Below, one piece after another: positions 18,413 through 27,212 of a stretch of DNA of 64,000 bases (positions within the stretch are counted from its first letter, which is position 1; each line of letters starts with the position of its first letter). The notes beneath the pieces are model-generated. The model searched no databases. It was not told the origin of the DNA and saw only the letters and a program-made list of their open reading frames with translations. Both the position numbers and the translations under genes were made by a program. This stretch comes from an uncultured Actinomycetes bacterium (GTDB taxonomy: Bacteria; Actinomycetota; Thermoleophilia; RBG-16-64-13): the NCBI GenBank assembly GCA_963706025.1, contig CAVPLM010000005.1, positions 416,001 through 480,000 on the forward strand. Direction: 5' to 3'.

Positions 18413-19636
18413 GTGGACAGAACGCCTATGACAGATGCAAGCCGTATTGCCAGCGAAGGCTCCAGTGAGGAGCGCGAGCTGGCCGGCTACCTTGAGGAGC
18501 TTATCTCGGCCACCTTGGCGCACAAAGCGCCCAGCAGGCCCGTTGAGGGCTGGGGAGCGAACGAACCTGCGCCGGTCGATCTCGTCGGCGACGATTCGGA
18601 ACAGACCGCCGCGCCCGAGATGGCTGCTGAAGACGAGACTCCTCGACAGAAGTCGCCGCCGCGTAGCAGGCAAACAGAACGGACCAGTCGCGCGTCGATG
18701 AGCGAAGAACTGGCGGCTCTGTTCCGTCCCACCGAGCAGTCTCCGCCCCTCTCCCCACGGACCGCCGTGCCGTCAAGTCCCGCGATGGCGAGGCAACCTG
18801 GAATCCCTGCGACGGAGCCCAGCGCGTTTCTGCAGCGTTTCCTGCAGCAAGCCGCGCGCCCCCACGAACTTGCCCCCTCGGGGCTGGCCGACCTTGACGC
18901 TCGTCTAGCCGGTGGGTTCGGCTCGGGGCTTCACGTGGTGTTAGGACGGTCAGGGGTGGGAAAGACCGCTTTTCTGGACTCAGTGGCCTGGGAGGCAGTC
19001 ACATCCGAGCGTCCGGTCATCTACTACTCCCTCCGCGAGGGCAGCCTTGGTGCTTGGGAGCGGCTGATCAGCGCGCTTGGTAATATCCTAGGCGACCCGA
19101 CCATCCCTCTTGCTACCCTGCGCGCCCGCAGACTGGGTCCGCACGAGCTCGAAGAGCTCACCCGTCTCGACATGGCCCTCCAGAACTCCGTCCTGCCTTT
19201 TCTGTCCCTGGTAGAGACCATTCCGGCCAGCACCGACACGCTGAGCGCCTTCCTGGAGGATGTCCGCTCCAGGGCCCGGGAGGCGGAAGAGTGGCATGGA
19301 AGGATCCCCCTGCTCCTGATCGACGACCTGGAGCGACTGCTGCTTCTCACCGGGTCGCAGCCCCTCTCACACGTCCTCTCGCGCTTGGACGGCACTTTGA
19401 GCGCGGACTCCATGCCCGGCCTAGTCGCCGCGACCTCGCTCGATCGATCGACCCACGGTCCTGATAGACTGCCGGCGCAGACGACGCTGGCTCTGGTGTC
19501 GGTCGCGACACCGGCGGACGATGACTTCGACCGGGTGGATCTCGAAGTGCGGGCCAATAGCCGCACGGGTTGGACGGGGGCTCTGCCGCTGCTCCTCGAC
19601 CGCCGCTCCGGCCTGTTCGCACAGCTATCTCAGTAG
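18413..19636 (+). CDS. DnaB-C/RecA-superfamily P-loop ATPase with disordered N-terminus
   Basis: SGLADLDARLAGGFGSGLHVVLGRSGVGKT (Walker A), YYSL.E, LLLIDDLE (Walker B). Confidence 0.7.
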   Translation: MDRTPMTDASRIASEGSSEERELAGYLEELISATLAHKAPSRPVEGWGANEPAPVDLVGDDSEQTAAPEMAAEDETPRQKSPPRSRQTERTSRASMSEELAALFRPTEQSPPLSPRTAVPSSPAMARQPGIPATEPSAFLQRFLQQAARPHELAPSGLADLDARLAGGFGSGLHVVLGRSGVGKTAFLDSVAWEAVTSERPVIYYSLREGSLGAWERLISALGNILGDPTIPLATLRARRLGPHELEELTRLDMALQNSVLPFLSLVETIPASTDTLSAFLEDVRSRAREAEEWHGRIPLLLIDDLERLLLLTGSQPLSHVLSRLDGTLSADSMPGLVAATSLDRSTHGPDRLPAQTTLALVSVATPADDDFDRVDLEVRANSRTGWTGALPLLLDRRSGLFAQLSQ

Positions 19637-20034
19637 GTGATCGCCCGCGGTAGAGCCTTGGCGGATTCGATCCACCCGGCCACCTGATCTTCGGTAGGGA
19701 ATCTGCGGACGAGTTTCTTTTGCTCGTTGACTTCCGCCATCTTCTTGGCGAGGTTATCTGCCCGTCGTCGGGCCAACTCGGGGACCGTGTCCACCCCCGC
19801 GGCCTCGAGCAGCTCGGCGTACTCCCCTCCGACACCCTTGATCCGGAAGAGGTCGGCCTGATTCACCCAGCGAAGGATCAGCTTCCGGCTGATGCCCGTG
19901 GTCGCCGCCAGATCCTCACGGCCTTTTGGGCCGGCACCGGCTGCCAGTAAGTCCTGCGTGGTCTTCAGACCCTGGGCCTTGAGCTTCTCCGCGTTGACCG
20001 GGCCGATGCCTTCGATGTCTTGCAGATTCGCCAT
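19630..20034 (-). CDS. DUF4332 helix-hairpin-helix protein
   Basis: DIEGIGP...ADLFRIKGVG.EYAELLEAAGVDTVPELARR; strong SD before ATG 20034. Confidence 0.88.
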   Translation of the reverse strand: MANLQDIEGIGPVNAEKLKAQGLKTTQDLLAAGAGPKGREDLAATTGISRKLILRWVNQADLFRIKGVGGEYAELLEAAGVDTVPELARRRADNLAKKMAEVNEQKKLVRRFPTEDQVAGWIESAKALPRAITY

Positions 20035-20531
20035 CCTCCTCCCCTCTGGCGGCCGGTCGACGGTCTCACCGAATGACGCACCACTTTGAAGCCCGGGACT
20101 CAGGGCGAAAGAGAGCGATTGATCGCCGACAGCTTGAGGGGGCCGATCCCTGGGCACGATGAACGGACAGCGTGCGCGTAGCCGCCCGGAGGCCAGCAAC
20201 GCGATTCCGATCACCACGGCCACTGCGAGAAACGGCCCCAGCAGGTACCTGGACTTGTGTGAACCGGTTCTCTTCACGTCAGCTCCTTCCCTGAAGCGGC
20301 GCGCGTGAGGAGTCGCGCTCATCTGCATATGATCCTCGCTCGCCCGCGTGGTTCGACATCTCAATTATCGGCAGCATACCCATACTAAGTCCAGATGATG
20401 GTCTTTGATAGGGAGCGAAGGGTGACAGGCAGGGTTGGTGACAGGTGGGCCGCCGTCTGCCGCCGCCGTCGCAAACACGGAGCCTCCGCTGTAGAGTGTG
20501 CACACGGCGGCATCCACCGAGGGAGCGAGAG

Positions 20532-20885
20532 ATGAGATGGGAATACCGCAACGTCATTTTGAGCGCACAGGCGCACGACCCCGAGACGAGGGCATATTTG
20601 CAGTCAGTGTGGCCTGGTTGGGAACCCCCGCGGTTCGCGCCGCAGGCGTTGATCCCTAAGCTGAACGAGTATGGGGCCAATGGCTGGGAACTGGTTCAGA
20701 TTCAGCCGGTGTATTTGGATGAAGATGCCAATGTGCTGATCCACGGAGGCCCACAGCCTCCCGACGACCCTATCACCGCTACGATCAAAGCCAAAGCGAA
20801 GATCCCTTCTCGCACCGGGTCCGAGCCAACCAGGTACGCTCACTCCTACCTCTGCACGTTCAAACGACAACTGGACTCAAACTAG
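20532..20885 (+). CDS. DUF4177-like protein
   Basis: WEYR...LNEYGANGWELV...FKRQ. Confidence 0.7.
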   Translation: MRWEYRNVILSAQAHDPETRAYLQSVWPGWEPPRFAPQALIPKLNEYGANGWELVQIQPVYLDEDANVLIHGGPQPPDDPITATIKAKAKIPSRTGSEPTRYAHSYLCTFKRQLDSN

Positions 20886-20968
20886 ATGGCCGTTTGGTTG
20901 TATGCGTCGGAGTCGGTCCGGTTGTACTATCCGCCCAGCGCTTTGCTACGTGGCTCAGGGAGGGCACG

Positions 20969-21259
20969 ATGACAAAATGGGAATACAAGTCCGTCCCGCT
21001 GGATCGCGCGGGAACGAAGGAGGACTTCGGATTCGGCTGGACTTACAGCCCTTGGGAGATCGGGACCTCCCAGGGAGGTAAGCGACCGCTGCACGCAGGA
21101 CTGCAGGAGCTTGGAGGCGAGGGATGGGAGCTTGCGGGTGTGGTACCCAACGACCTCTGGGCTGAGGGGACCAGAACGCCCAGCGCATCGCACGGAGTCA
21201 GAACGATCTCCTGCACCCTCCTTTTCAAACGGCCCGTGGACGATGTCGCCGGCGGTTGA
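20969..21259 (+). CDS. DUF4177-like protein
   Basis: KWEYK...LQELGGEGWELAGV...LLFKRP; SD GGAGG. Confidence 0.75.
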   Translation: MTKWEYKSVPLDRAGTKEDFGFGWTYSPWEIGTSQGGKRPLHAGLQELGGEGWELAGVVPNDLWAEGTRTPSASHGVRTISCTLLFKRPVDDVAGG

Positions 21260-21348
21260 GCAAGGGGCTAGATCCGCCGGTAGGACTCTGTTGGTAAGCT
21301 ATTGGAGATCATGGTCGGTGTCTTTTTGCTCTCAGAGAAAGGCGGCGA

Positions 21349-21981
21349 ATGGAGCCCTCCCGAAAGCCCGGAGAAGTTGCTGAAGAACGAAACGCGTCAG
21401 ATGCGGTTCTCCTTCAGGATGAGCAGTTGATGCAACGAGTAGACGCATGCCACTCACATGACTTCGTGAGAGAGAATCACCCAGACAGGTGCCCCGGCTG
21501 CGGCAAGATAGAGCCGGGCTTTCGCTATTGCCGGGGCTGCGGGCATCAGATAAAGCGCAAGACCAAAGATGCGTGCTTCTGGTTTCAGGAGGTAGCCGGT
21601 GAAGCGCAATACCAGGACGCGCTTGAGCGCGTTATTGAAGGAGCGGAGCGGGACGAGGACGGTGTTGTCCACGAATGGGTGACGGCCGTTCTAATTACCG
21701 AGCCTTCGAACGAGCATGACGAGGACGCCGTTAAGGTGCTGGTGACCAGGGAGCCGCAAGCCGAGCTCGTAGGCCACCTCCCGCGGGACGATGCGGCCGC
21801 CATTCAGAAGGCGCTTGTGAAGGTGTACTCAGCGCACCGGAGGTTTGTGGCCTGCAAGGCGCTGATTCAAGGTGGCTTTCGTCGTCAGGATGGATCGACG
21901 TCGTCTTACGGGATCAGGCTCTTGCTGCCGCTGCCCCGCGATATTCCCGGGGCGGCCAAGGCGGCCCTTGACGCCGAGTAG
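21349..21981 (+). CDS. zinc-ribbon plus HIRAN domain protein
   Basis: CPGCG...CRGCG; VAGE..YQ, L..EPSN.HD.DAVKV, VGHLPR. Confidence 0.72.
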   Translation: MEPSRKPGEVAEERNASDAVLLQDEQLMQRVDACHSHDFVRENHPDRCPGCGKIEPGFRYCRGCGHQIKRKTKDACFWFQEVAGEAQYQDALERVIEGAERDEDGVVHEWVTAVLITEPSNEHDEDAVKVLVTREPQAELVGHLPRDDAAAIQKALVKVYSAHRRFVACKALIQGGFRRQDGSTSSYGIRLLLPLPRDIPGAAKAALDAE

Positions 21982-22034
21982 TAGCGGCAATCCTCGGGCG
22001 GCCCAGAAGCGGGCTTTCGCAAGTAATCCTGAGG

Positions 22035-22106
22035 AGGCGACGGCCGGAATTGAACCGGCGTAGCGGGTTTTGCAGACCCGTGCCTAAGCCACTCGGCCAC
22101 GTCGCC
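22035..22106 (-). tRNA. tRNA-Cys(GCA)
   Basis: GGCGACGTGGCCGAGTGG...CGGGT-CTGCAAA-ACCCG...GGTTCAATTCC...CGTCGCCT. Confidence 0.96.
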
Positions 22107-22123
22107 TCGCAAGGGCAAATGCA

Positions 22124-22200
22124 TGGAGCGGATGAAGGGATTCGAACCCTCGACCTTCTGCATGGCAAGCAGACGCTCTAGCCAACTGAGCTACATCCGC
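22124..22200 (-). tRNA. tRNA-Gly(GCC)
   Basis: GCGGATGTAGCTCAG...TCTGC-TTGCCAT-GCAGA...GGTTCGAATCC...CATCCGCTCCA. Confidence 0.97.
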
Positions 22201-22291
22201 CCGGTACCTCGCGGCTGACGGATTATAGACCAGCCCCCACGGCGATGCAAACCGGCCCGCTCGCGGCCGCGGCGCTCAGAACATCGACCCG

Positions 22292-23908
22292 TCACGACGG
22301 AGGCGTCTCGTCCAGCGCCTGATTGACAAGCGCGTCGGCCCGGGTGTTGTCCTCCCGGGAGACATGCCGGAAGGAGATGCGGTCGAAAGCGTCCATCCGT
22401 CCCTTGGCTTCCGCGTGAAGCGGTTTCAGACCCTCGTTCTTGACCCGGTACTCGCCGCGCATCTGCCTTACGAGCAACTCTGAGTCGGACAGTATTTCCA
22501 CCTCACGAGCTCCCGCACGTTCGGCCAGTTCGAGGCCGGTCAAGAGCGCCTGATACTCCGCGGCGTTGTTGGTGGCTACCCCGATCGTGCGGCTGACTGT
22601 TTCCAGAACACGGCCGTCGTCGTCTTCGAGGACCACGCCGATGGCACTGGGGCCGGGATTACCGCGCGATCCTCCATCGATGCGGAGTCGCACCCGGGAG
22701 CTACGCCGCCCCTCACCCGACCCACGGGCCGGCACCTCGCTCGTCATATCGGAGGAGGATCCGCCGTTTGCCGCGTTCTCAGGGGTAGCCGCCAGGTCGC
22801 TTGGCGTCGCTCCCACCCAGGGGGAACGCCATTCTCGCGATATCGACACGGTCACCTCGCCTTCTGCCAACTGGTCACGCAGGGTCGTCTCGGCCCATTG
22901 ACAGAGGGCCCACCATTCCAATTCCCCGTGGGGCGCGGCGATCAGCGAAAGGCCCATCTCCCCCGCCCGTTCCGCATCGTGATAGCTCAGGTCGCCGGTG
23001 ATCATCACCTCGCAGGACGGGGCTGCGGCGTCGATCAGACTGCGACCACTGCCGGGAACTACCCCCACTCTGCTCACGATGCGGTCGCCGTCTCCACTCC
23101 AGCAACAGCCGCCCAATCCGACGACATCCGCCACCCGCGCGGCCAGAGCGGACACGGTGGTCGATTCGGGAAGACCCCCTACCCTCCCCAGACCGCCGCT
23201 CGGGAGGACGTCTTGCACCGGATACACGTCAAAGGCGGGCTCCTCGTACGGATGGGCGCTCACATAGGCGGCTATCACGCCACCAAGTCGAGCTTGCGGG
23301 ACGACCGCCTCCCAACGGATCTCAGAGATGCGCTGCCGCACCGCCGGTTCCCCGATGGCGGGGTGCGCCGCCGGCCCCGGCGTGAACCATCCCCTCCCCT
23401 CCGAGGCGAAGGCGCACTCCTGATACTCCCCGATCGTCCCGGCCCCGGCGGCGAACACTGCCGCCGCGACCTCCTCCACCGACTCCGGAGGTACGAAGCC
23501 CACAAGCTTGTACCATCTCGCCGGAGCGTGCTCCAAAGGTGTCGTGTCCCGGAGACCCAGAGCATCCCCGACAATGTCGGCCAAGCCGCCCGGCGCTGCG
23601 TCGAGATTGGTGTGGCAGGCAAAAAGGTTGATCTTTCCGGCGATCAGTCGACGGACGAGACGTTCGCGCGGGTGCTCATCTACCAGCGAGCGGAGCGGCG
23701 AGAACAATAGGGGATGGTGGGTGAGGATGGTGTCATAGCCGCCCGAGACCGCCTCGTCAAGCACGGGTTCGGTCAGCTCCAGCGCCACCAACAGCCGGCG
23801 CACGACTGCCTGTCCCGATCCCACGAGCAGTCCACAATTGTCGCCCGCTTCAGCCAGCGTCTTGGGAACCAGCCTCTCCAGCACCGCTTCCAGATCGGCT
23901 ACGAGCAT
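22292..23908 (-). CDS. Nif3-like dinuclear metal protein (YqfO/YbgI) fused to ribonuclease HI
   Basis: DNCGLLVG, THHPLLF, HTNLD, HPYEEPAFD, ITGDL.YH; linker; DGGSRGNPGP, TNNAAEY, SDSEL, HVSREDNTRAD. Confidence 0.9.
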   Translation of the reverse strand: MLVADLEAVLERLVPKTLAEAGDNCGLLVGSGQAVVRRLLVALELTEPVLDEAVSGGYDTILTHHPLLFSPLRSLVDEHPRERLVRRLIAGKINLFACHTNLDAAPGGLADIVGDALGLRDTTPLEHAPARWYKLVGFVPPESVEEVAAAVFAAGAGTIGEYQECAFASEGRGWFTPGPAAHPAIGEPAVRQRISEIRWEAVVPQARLGGVIAAYVSAHPYEEPAFDVYPVQDVLPSGGLGRVGGLPESTTVSALAARVADVVGLGGCCWSGDGDRIVSRVGVVPGSGRSLIDAAAPSCEVMITGDLSYHDAERAGEMGLSLIAAPHGELEWWALCQWAETTLRDQLAEGEVTVSISREWRSPWVGATPSDLAATPENAANGGSSSDMTSEVPARGSGEGRRSSRVRLRIDGGSRGNPGPSAIGVVLEDDDGRVLETVSRTIGVATNNAAEYQALLTGLELAERAGAREVEILSDSELLVRQMRGEYRVKNEGLKPLHAEAKGRMDAFDRISFRHVSREDNTRADALVNQALDETPPS

Positions 23909-23928
23909 GCTCCGCTCCCCCGACGTCC

Positions 23929-24546
23929 TCAGAGTGGTTCTCCGGGTTCCGCGGCCCCTGCCAGCCAGGCCGCCCCTTCCGCGTACAGCTTCTCCACCTC
24001 CGGCCCGCGAAGTCCGGGTAGAGCGGGCTTAACCTTGAACCCCACCTTCGTCTGCAAATACGCCAGATGCCTGTAGCCTTCGGGGAAGGCCGAAAGCAAC
24101 TCTTCGTCGAGCTTCAGCACGGCAGCCGGATCCACCGGGTCCAGACGGTCCTTCTCGTAGATGGGCTGTCGACGGACGATGCCCCAGCGGCCCTCACGCT
24201 TCTCGAAGAAGTCGTAGAAACGCCCCCAGCAGACCACATCGACCAGAACGCCTTCTACGGGAGCGCGCTGATGGATGGTCATCTTGGCCTGCGAGATGGC
24301 CCGCGTCCCGGCAAGGTCGCACGACCAGCCTCCCAGCAGGTGGAGGATGTTGGATCCCGAGTCGAAGGCCTTTCGGCTCACTTCGATGAAATCCTCGAAG
24401 GGGCCCTGAAACCAGGTGGCCGTCATCCATCCTCCGGAGTGCCAGACGGTGGCGAAACGCTCCCAGTCAGCGGAGTCCCGCCAGACGACCCAGTTCTCCA
24501 CTGCCTCCCGGATCGCCACTCTGTCAGCGGCTAGGTCATCCAGCAT
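23929..24546 (-). CDS. SnoaL-like / NTF2-fold protein
   Basis: DR.AIRE.VENW..WRD..DW, M.ATWFQG, GRFYDF.EKR.GRW, YEKDR.DP. Confidence 0.8.
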   Translation of the reverse strand: MLDDLAADRVAIREAVENWVVWRDSADWERFATVWHSGGWMTATWFQGPFEDFIEVSRKAFDSGSNILHLLGGWSCDLAGTRAISQAKMTIHQRAPVEGVLVDVVCWGRFYDFFEKREGRWGIVRRQPIYEKDRLDPVDPAAVLKLDEELLSAFPEGYRHLAYLQTKVGFKVKPALPGLRGPEVEKLYAEGAAWLAGAAEPGEPL

Positions 24547-24664
24547 GGTCTCTCTCCTCTCGGATTCGCGGAGCGATGGCCGACCGCCTCCAGCTTAGCA
24601 CCGGCTTTCTGCGAAATGGGAGGGCAGAGGATGCGTGCCTAGGCGGACCGAGTCGGGCCCCAAC

Positions 24665-24985
24665 CTACTGCCGGTCGGGCTTCTCCCGGGGAGCCGACCT
24701 CTCGCGGACCAATTCCTCCCAATCGAAAGCCTGAGCGTTGTCCCTGCCCACAACAAAGCCGAGGCTACGCAAATGGTTGCGCGCCTGGTTCGTCGCGAAA
24801 TCCAACCGATCGAGTTTGGTCGCCCGGGCGAACGCCTGTTTGACCGGATAGCGGGTTCCGTTGATGTCGACCCAATGAGTGCGTATCGGCTCAGGGGAGA
24901 CACCGAGCAGTGACTGGACCACCTGACCTTTGGTCAGTGCGTAGATTTTGCCCCCTTGAGTGAAAGTAATCCTGTCAGCCGCCAC
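24665..24985 (-). CDS. small SCO5918-like putative nucleic-acid-binding protein
   Basis: LTK..V...L.GV.PE.I..H.V.ING..YPVKQ......D..DF.T..A...L..LGF pattern. Confidence 0.55.
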   Translation of the reverse strand: MAADRITFTQGGKIYALTKGQVVQSLLGVSPEPIRTHWVDINGTRYPVKQAFARATKLDRLDFATNQARNHLRSLGFVVGRDNAQAFDWEELVRERSAPREKPDRQ

Positions 24986-25025
24986 GAAATAATTCCCCTG
25001 CTAATGACCATAATTTTATTAACAC

Positions 25026-25055
25026 TTATACCATCCCTTGAGGGATATGTGTCAA
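25026..25055 (-). promoter_or_regulatory. sigma70-like promoter with palindromic operator
   Basis: TTGACA and TGnTATAAG flank the palindrome ATCCCT-CA-AGGGAT in an AT-rich patch; spacing is 19 nt, longer than ideal. Confidence 0.5.
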
Positions 25056-25254
25056 CCCTTTCCTCTGGGCCGCCGTTACCCATTAGCTCAGGGAGAACCT
25101 GAGAATGGGTCGGCAAAGGCCTCCTCCAGCGAGCCAGTGTGTGTACATCACGTAAAGAAAGGCGGAACCGACCCCTACGCACCAGCAGGTCGCTTCTCCC
25201 GAACATGTGGGCCCCATTCGCGCTACTCTGGATGCGTCGACCCCAAGGGAGGAA

Positions 25255-25517
25255 TGATGAACGCGTACGACATCATGCATGAGTGGGACCGTGCAACCGG
25301 GAAAGCCCCGCGCTCGGACGCCGATCTTGATAGGGACGTCCCTGCGAGTCTCGGCACTGGCGACTACGAAGCATGGAAGGCCCGCCTGGAGGCACGCGAT
25401 GTCGACGCCATCACGGCAGGTATGAAGTGCTGGGGTCTACCGATCGCGCCCCTGGGCCAGTTCGAGTTGGACGCTGAGATCGAGGTCATAGAGAGACCGT
25501 ACTCCCCGGAATCCTAA
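25255..25517 (+). CDS. hypothetical protein
   Basis: SD GGGAGG then ATG; about 87 aa MMNAYDIMHEWDRATGK...; no family recognised. Confidence 0.6.
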
Positions 25518-25553
25518 GGGGTCTGCTTGACAGCGCACCCTGGACCGTCATAG

Positions 25554-25588
25554 GTGGGCCCAGCAGGACTCGAACCTGCGACCGGCCG
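25554..25588. repeat. att site: 35-bp duplicate of the tRNA-Ile2 3' half
   Basis: GTGGGCCCAGCAGGACTCGAACCTGCGACCGGCCG is identical to 31327-31361. Confidence 0.95.
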
Positions 25589-25743
25589 GCTCAGTCGTTG
25601 CAGTCACCGCAACAGTCTGTGAAGCCCACCCCATGACGGTCGTCCCAGCCGGCGCTGGGGGCTATGGGACTTTGGTTGGAGAGGAGGTCCCGGTAAGATG
25701 GCAATCGACGACCTACGAGAAGACCTACCCTCAGGAGGTACAC

Positions 25744-26046
25744 GTGAGCGAAACAAAAGCCTGCGCAACCTGCTTCTTTTGGGAAGAGCAATCCAATCGC
25801 TGCCGTAGATACGCCCCACACCCGGCCCTGGGGAACAGCGAAGACAGCGACGGAAGCCAGAACGCCTTCTGGGTCTTGACCAAAGCCGAAGACTGGTGCG
25901 GAGACTACGAGTCTATCTTGGGAGAGGAGTACGAGGAGGAAGAGGAACACGAGGAGGAGGATGACGAGGAGTGGGAAGCCGATGGCTCACTCAAATGGTC
26001 GCCGCCGCCTCCAGCACCCCCAGCGCAGAGAGGGCTTTTCAGGTGA
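25744..26046 (+). CDS. small Cys-rich phage-type protein with acidic tail
   Basis: SD AGGAGG, GTG start; CATCFFW...CRRYAP...W..T...DWCGDY; poly-Glu and poly-Pro tail. Confidence 0.65.
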   Translation: MSETKACATCFFWEEQSNRCRRYAPHPALGNSEDSDGSQNAFWVLTKAEDWCGDYESILGEEYEEEEEHEEEDDEEWEADGSLKWSPPPPAPPAQRGLFR

Positions 26047-26183
26047 GGTCCTAAGCGCAGAGTCTCTCTGGACGCGTCCAGAGCCCCGAGGACGCGATGA
26101 GAGCGACAGGGTAGGGTGCAGCATCCCCTGTTTTGGGCGCACCTATTGGCCCAACGGACGAAAGCCCCCCGGAGCCTGTGACG

Positions 26184-27063
26184 TTAGATGGGCGGGTTAC
26201 AGACCTTGCAGGGAGTGTAGCCCTGGGCTTTGGCTTCGCTCAGGCTGATGGCTATCTTGCTTTCCTCCAGATACCGGCACCCGTCGCGGTGATACTTGGT
26301 GCCGGTCGCGGTGATGTAGACGGTCGGCCCCCCTGAGGGCAGGGTTGTGGTCGTAGTGGGAGCGATTGCGGTCGTCGTTGAACCGGGTATGTGGGTCGTC
26401 GAGGTAGTGGAACCCGTGCCGCCGCCCTTGATGAGCAGCAGGTTGTAGAGCAGTTGGGCGCACTCCCCCCGGCTGGCGTTGGCGTATGCGTTCCAGCTGT
26501 AGGAGAGGCCTACCAGACCGTCCAGTAGGTGATTGAACTCTGCCTTCCTGATGTTGGCCCCGTGGGTGGCGTCGGAATAGTTGAGAACCCCTACCCAACC
26601 AGCCGGGGGAGCCTCAAGATCAGCCCCACCGGCTCTCACCACCATGGTTATCACCTGTTGCCGGGTGATCTCTTTGCAGGGGCCGGAAGGTATTGTCCGG
26701 ATAGCCGGTGGTGAGACCGGTTCGCGCCGCAACCGCGATGTAGTTGTCAGGGTAGAGCGGATCGATGGAATCGACGGGTAGGACATCCTTGAAGGGGCAG
26801 ACGTCGTCTTCTGTGGTCTGGAAGCCCATGGTAAGGACGATCATCTTGGCGAACTGCTGACGCTTGACCAGATCCTCCGGTCCGAAGTTGCCGTTCGCAT
26901 ACCCACCGATGATGCCCCGCGCGGAGAGCTCGGTGATGGCGGTGACATACGGATGAGTAGAAGGAACGTCCGGGAACAAGCCGGAAGCAAGCGCCGGTAC
27001 GACGATGAGCACTACTGCCGCCAGACTCAGAAGAATCCCGGTGACCCACCGTCTTGCGCGCAT
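26184..27063 (-). CDS. S-layer homology (SLH) protein with C-terminal Ada-like metal-binding domain, +1 frameshift near 26678
   Basis: Signal peptide; FPDV, GIIGGY.NG.FGP..V.RQQ, GYPDNTFRP then ITRQQ; Thr-rich linker; VYITATGTKYHR.GC...GYTPCKVC. Confidence 0.82.
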
Positions 27064-27212
27064 GTGCGATTCCCCCTGTCTAGCGATTGAGCAAACTGTA
27101 GAGCACTACGCAGACCTCGCCCCGAGTCGCGGGAGTGAGAAGCGTATGCGCTTTACCGGCCGTTCGCTCGGGTACGTAGTGGTGGAGGATCGGCTCCTCT
27201 CACCGGAATCAC

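Noticed and set aside
20363-20400. GCCGATAA sigma28-like -10 and GGGTAT on the minus strand
   Set aside because: No matching -35 element at the proper spacing for either sigma type.
21906-22168. Small ORFs over tRNA-Gly/Cys (and ORFs over rnpB)
   Set aside because: They are translations of RNA genes.
26050-26180. Possible hammerhead ribozyme (GGACGAAA) and palindrome CTCTGGACGCGTCCAGAG
   Set aside because: No CUGAUGA core in the required position; the palindrome is best explained as a hairpin between convergent genes.
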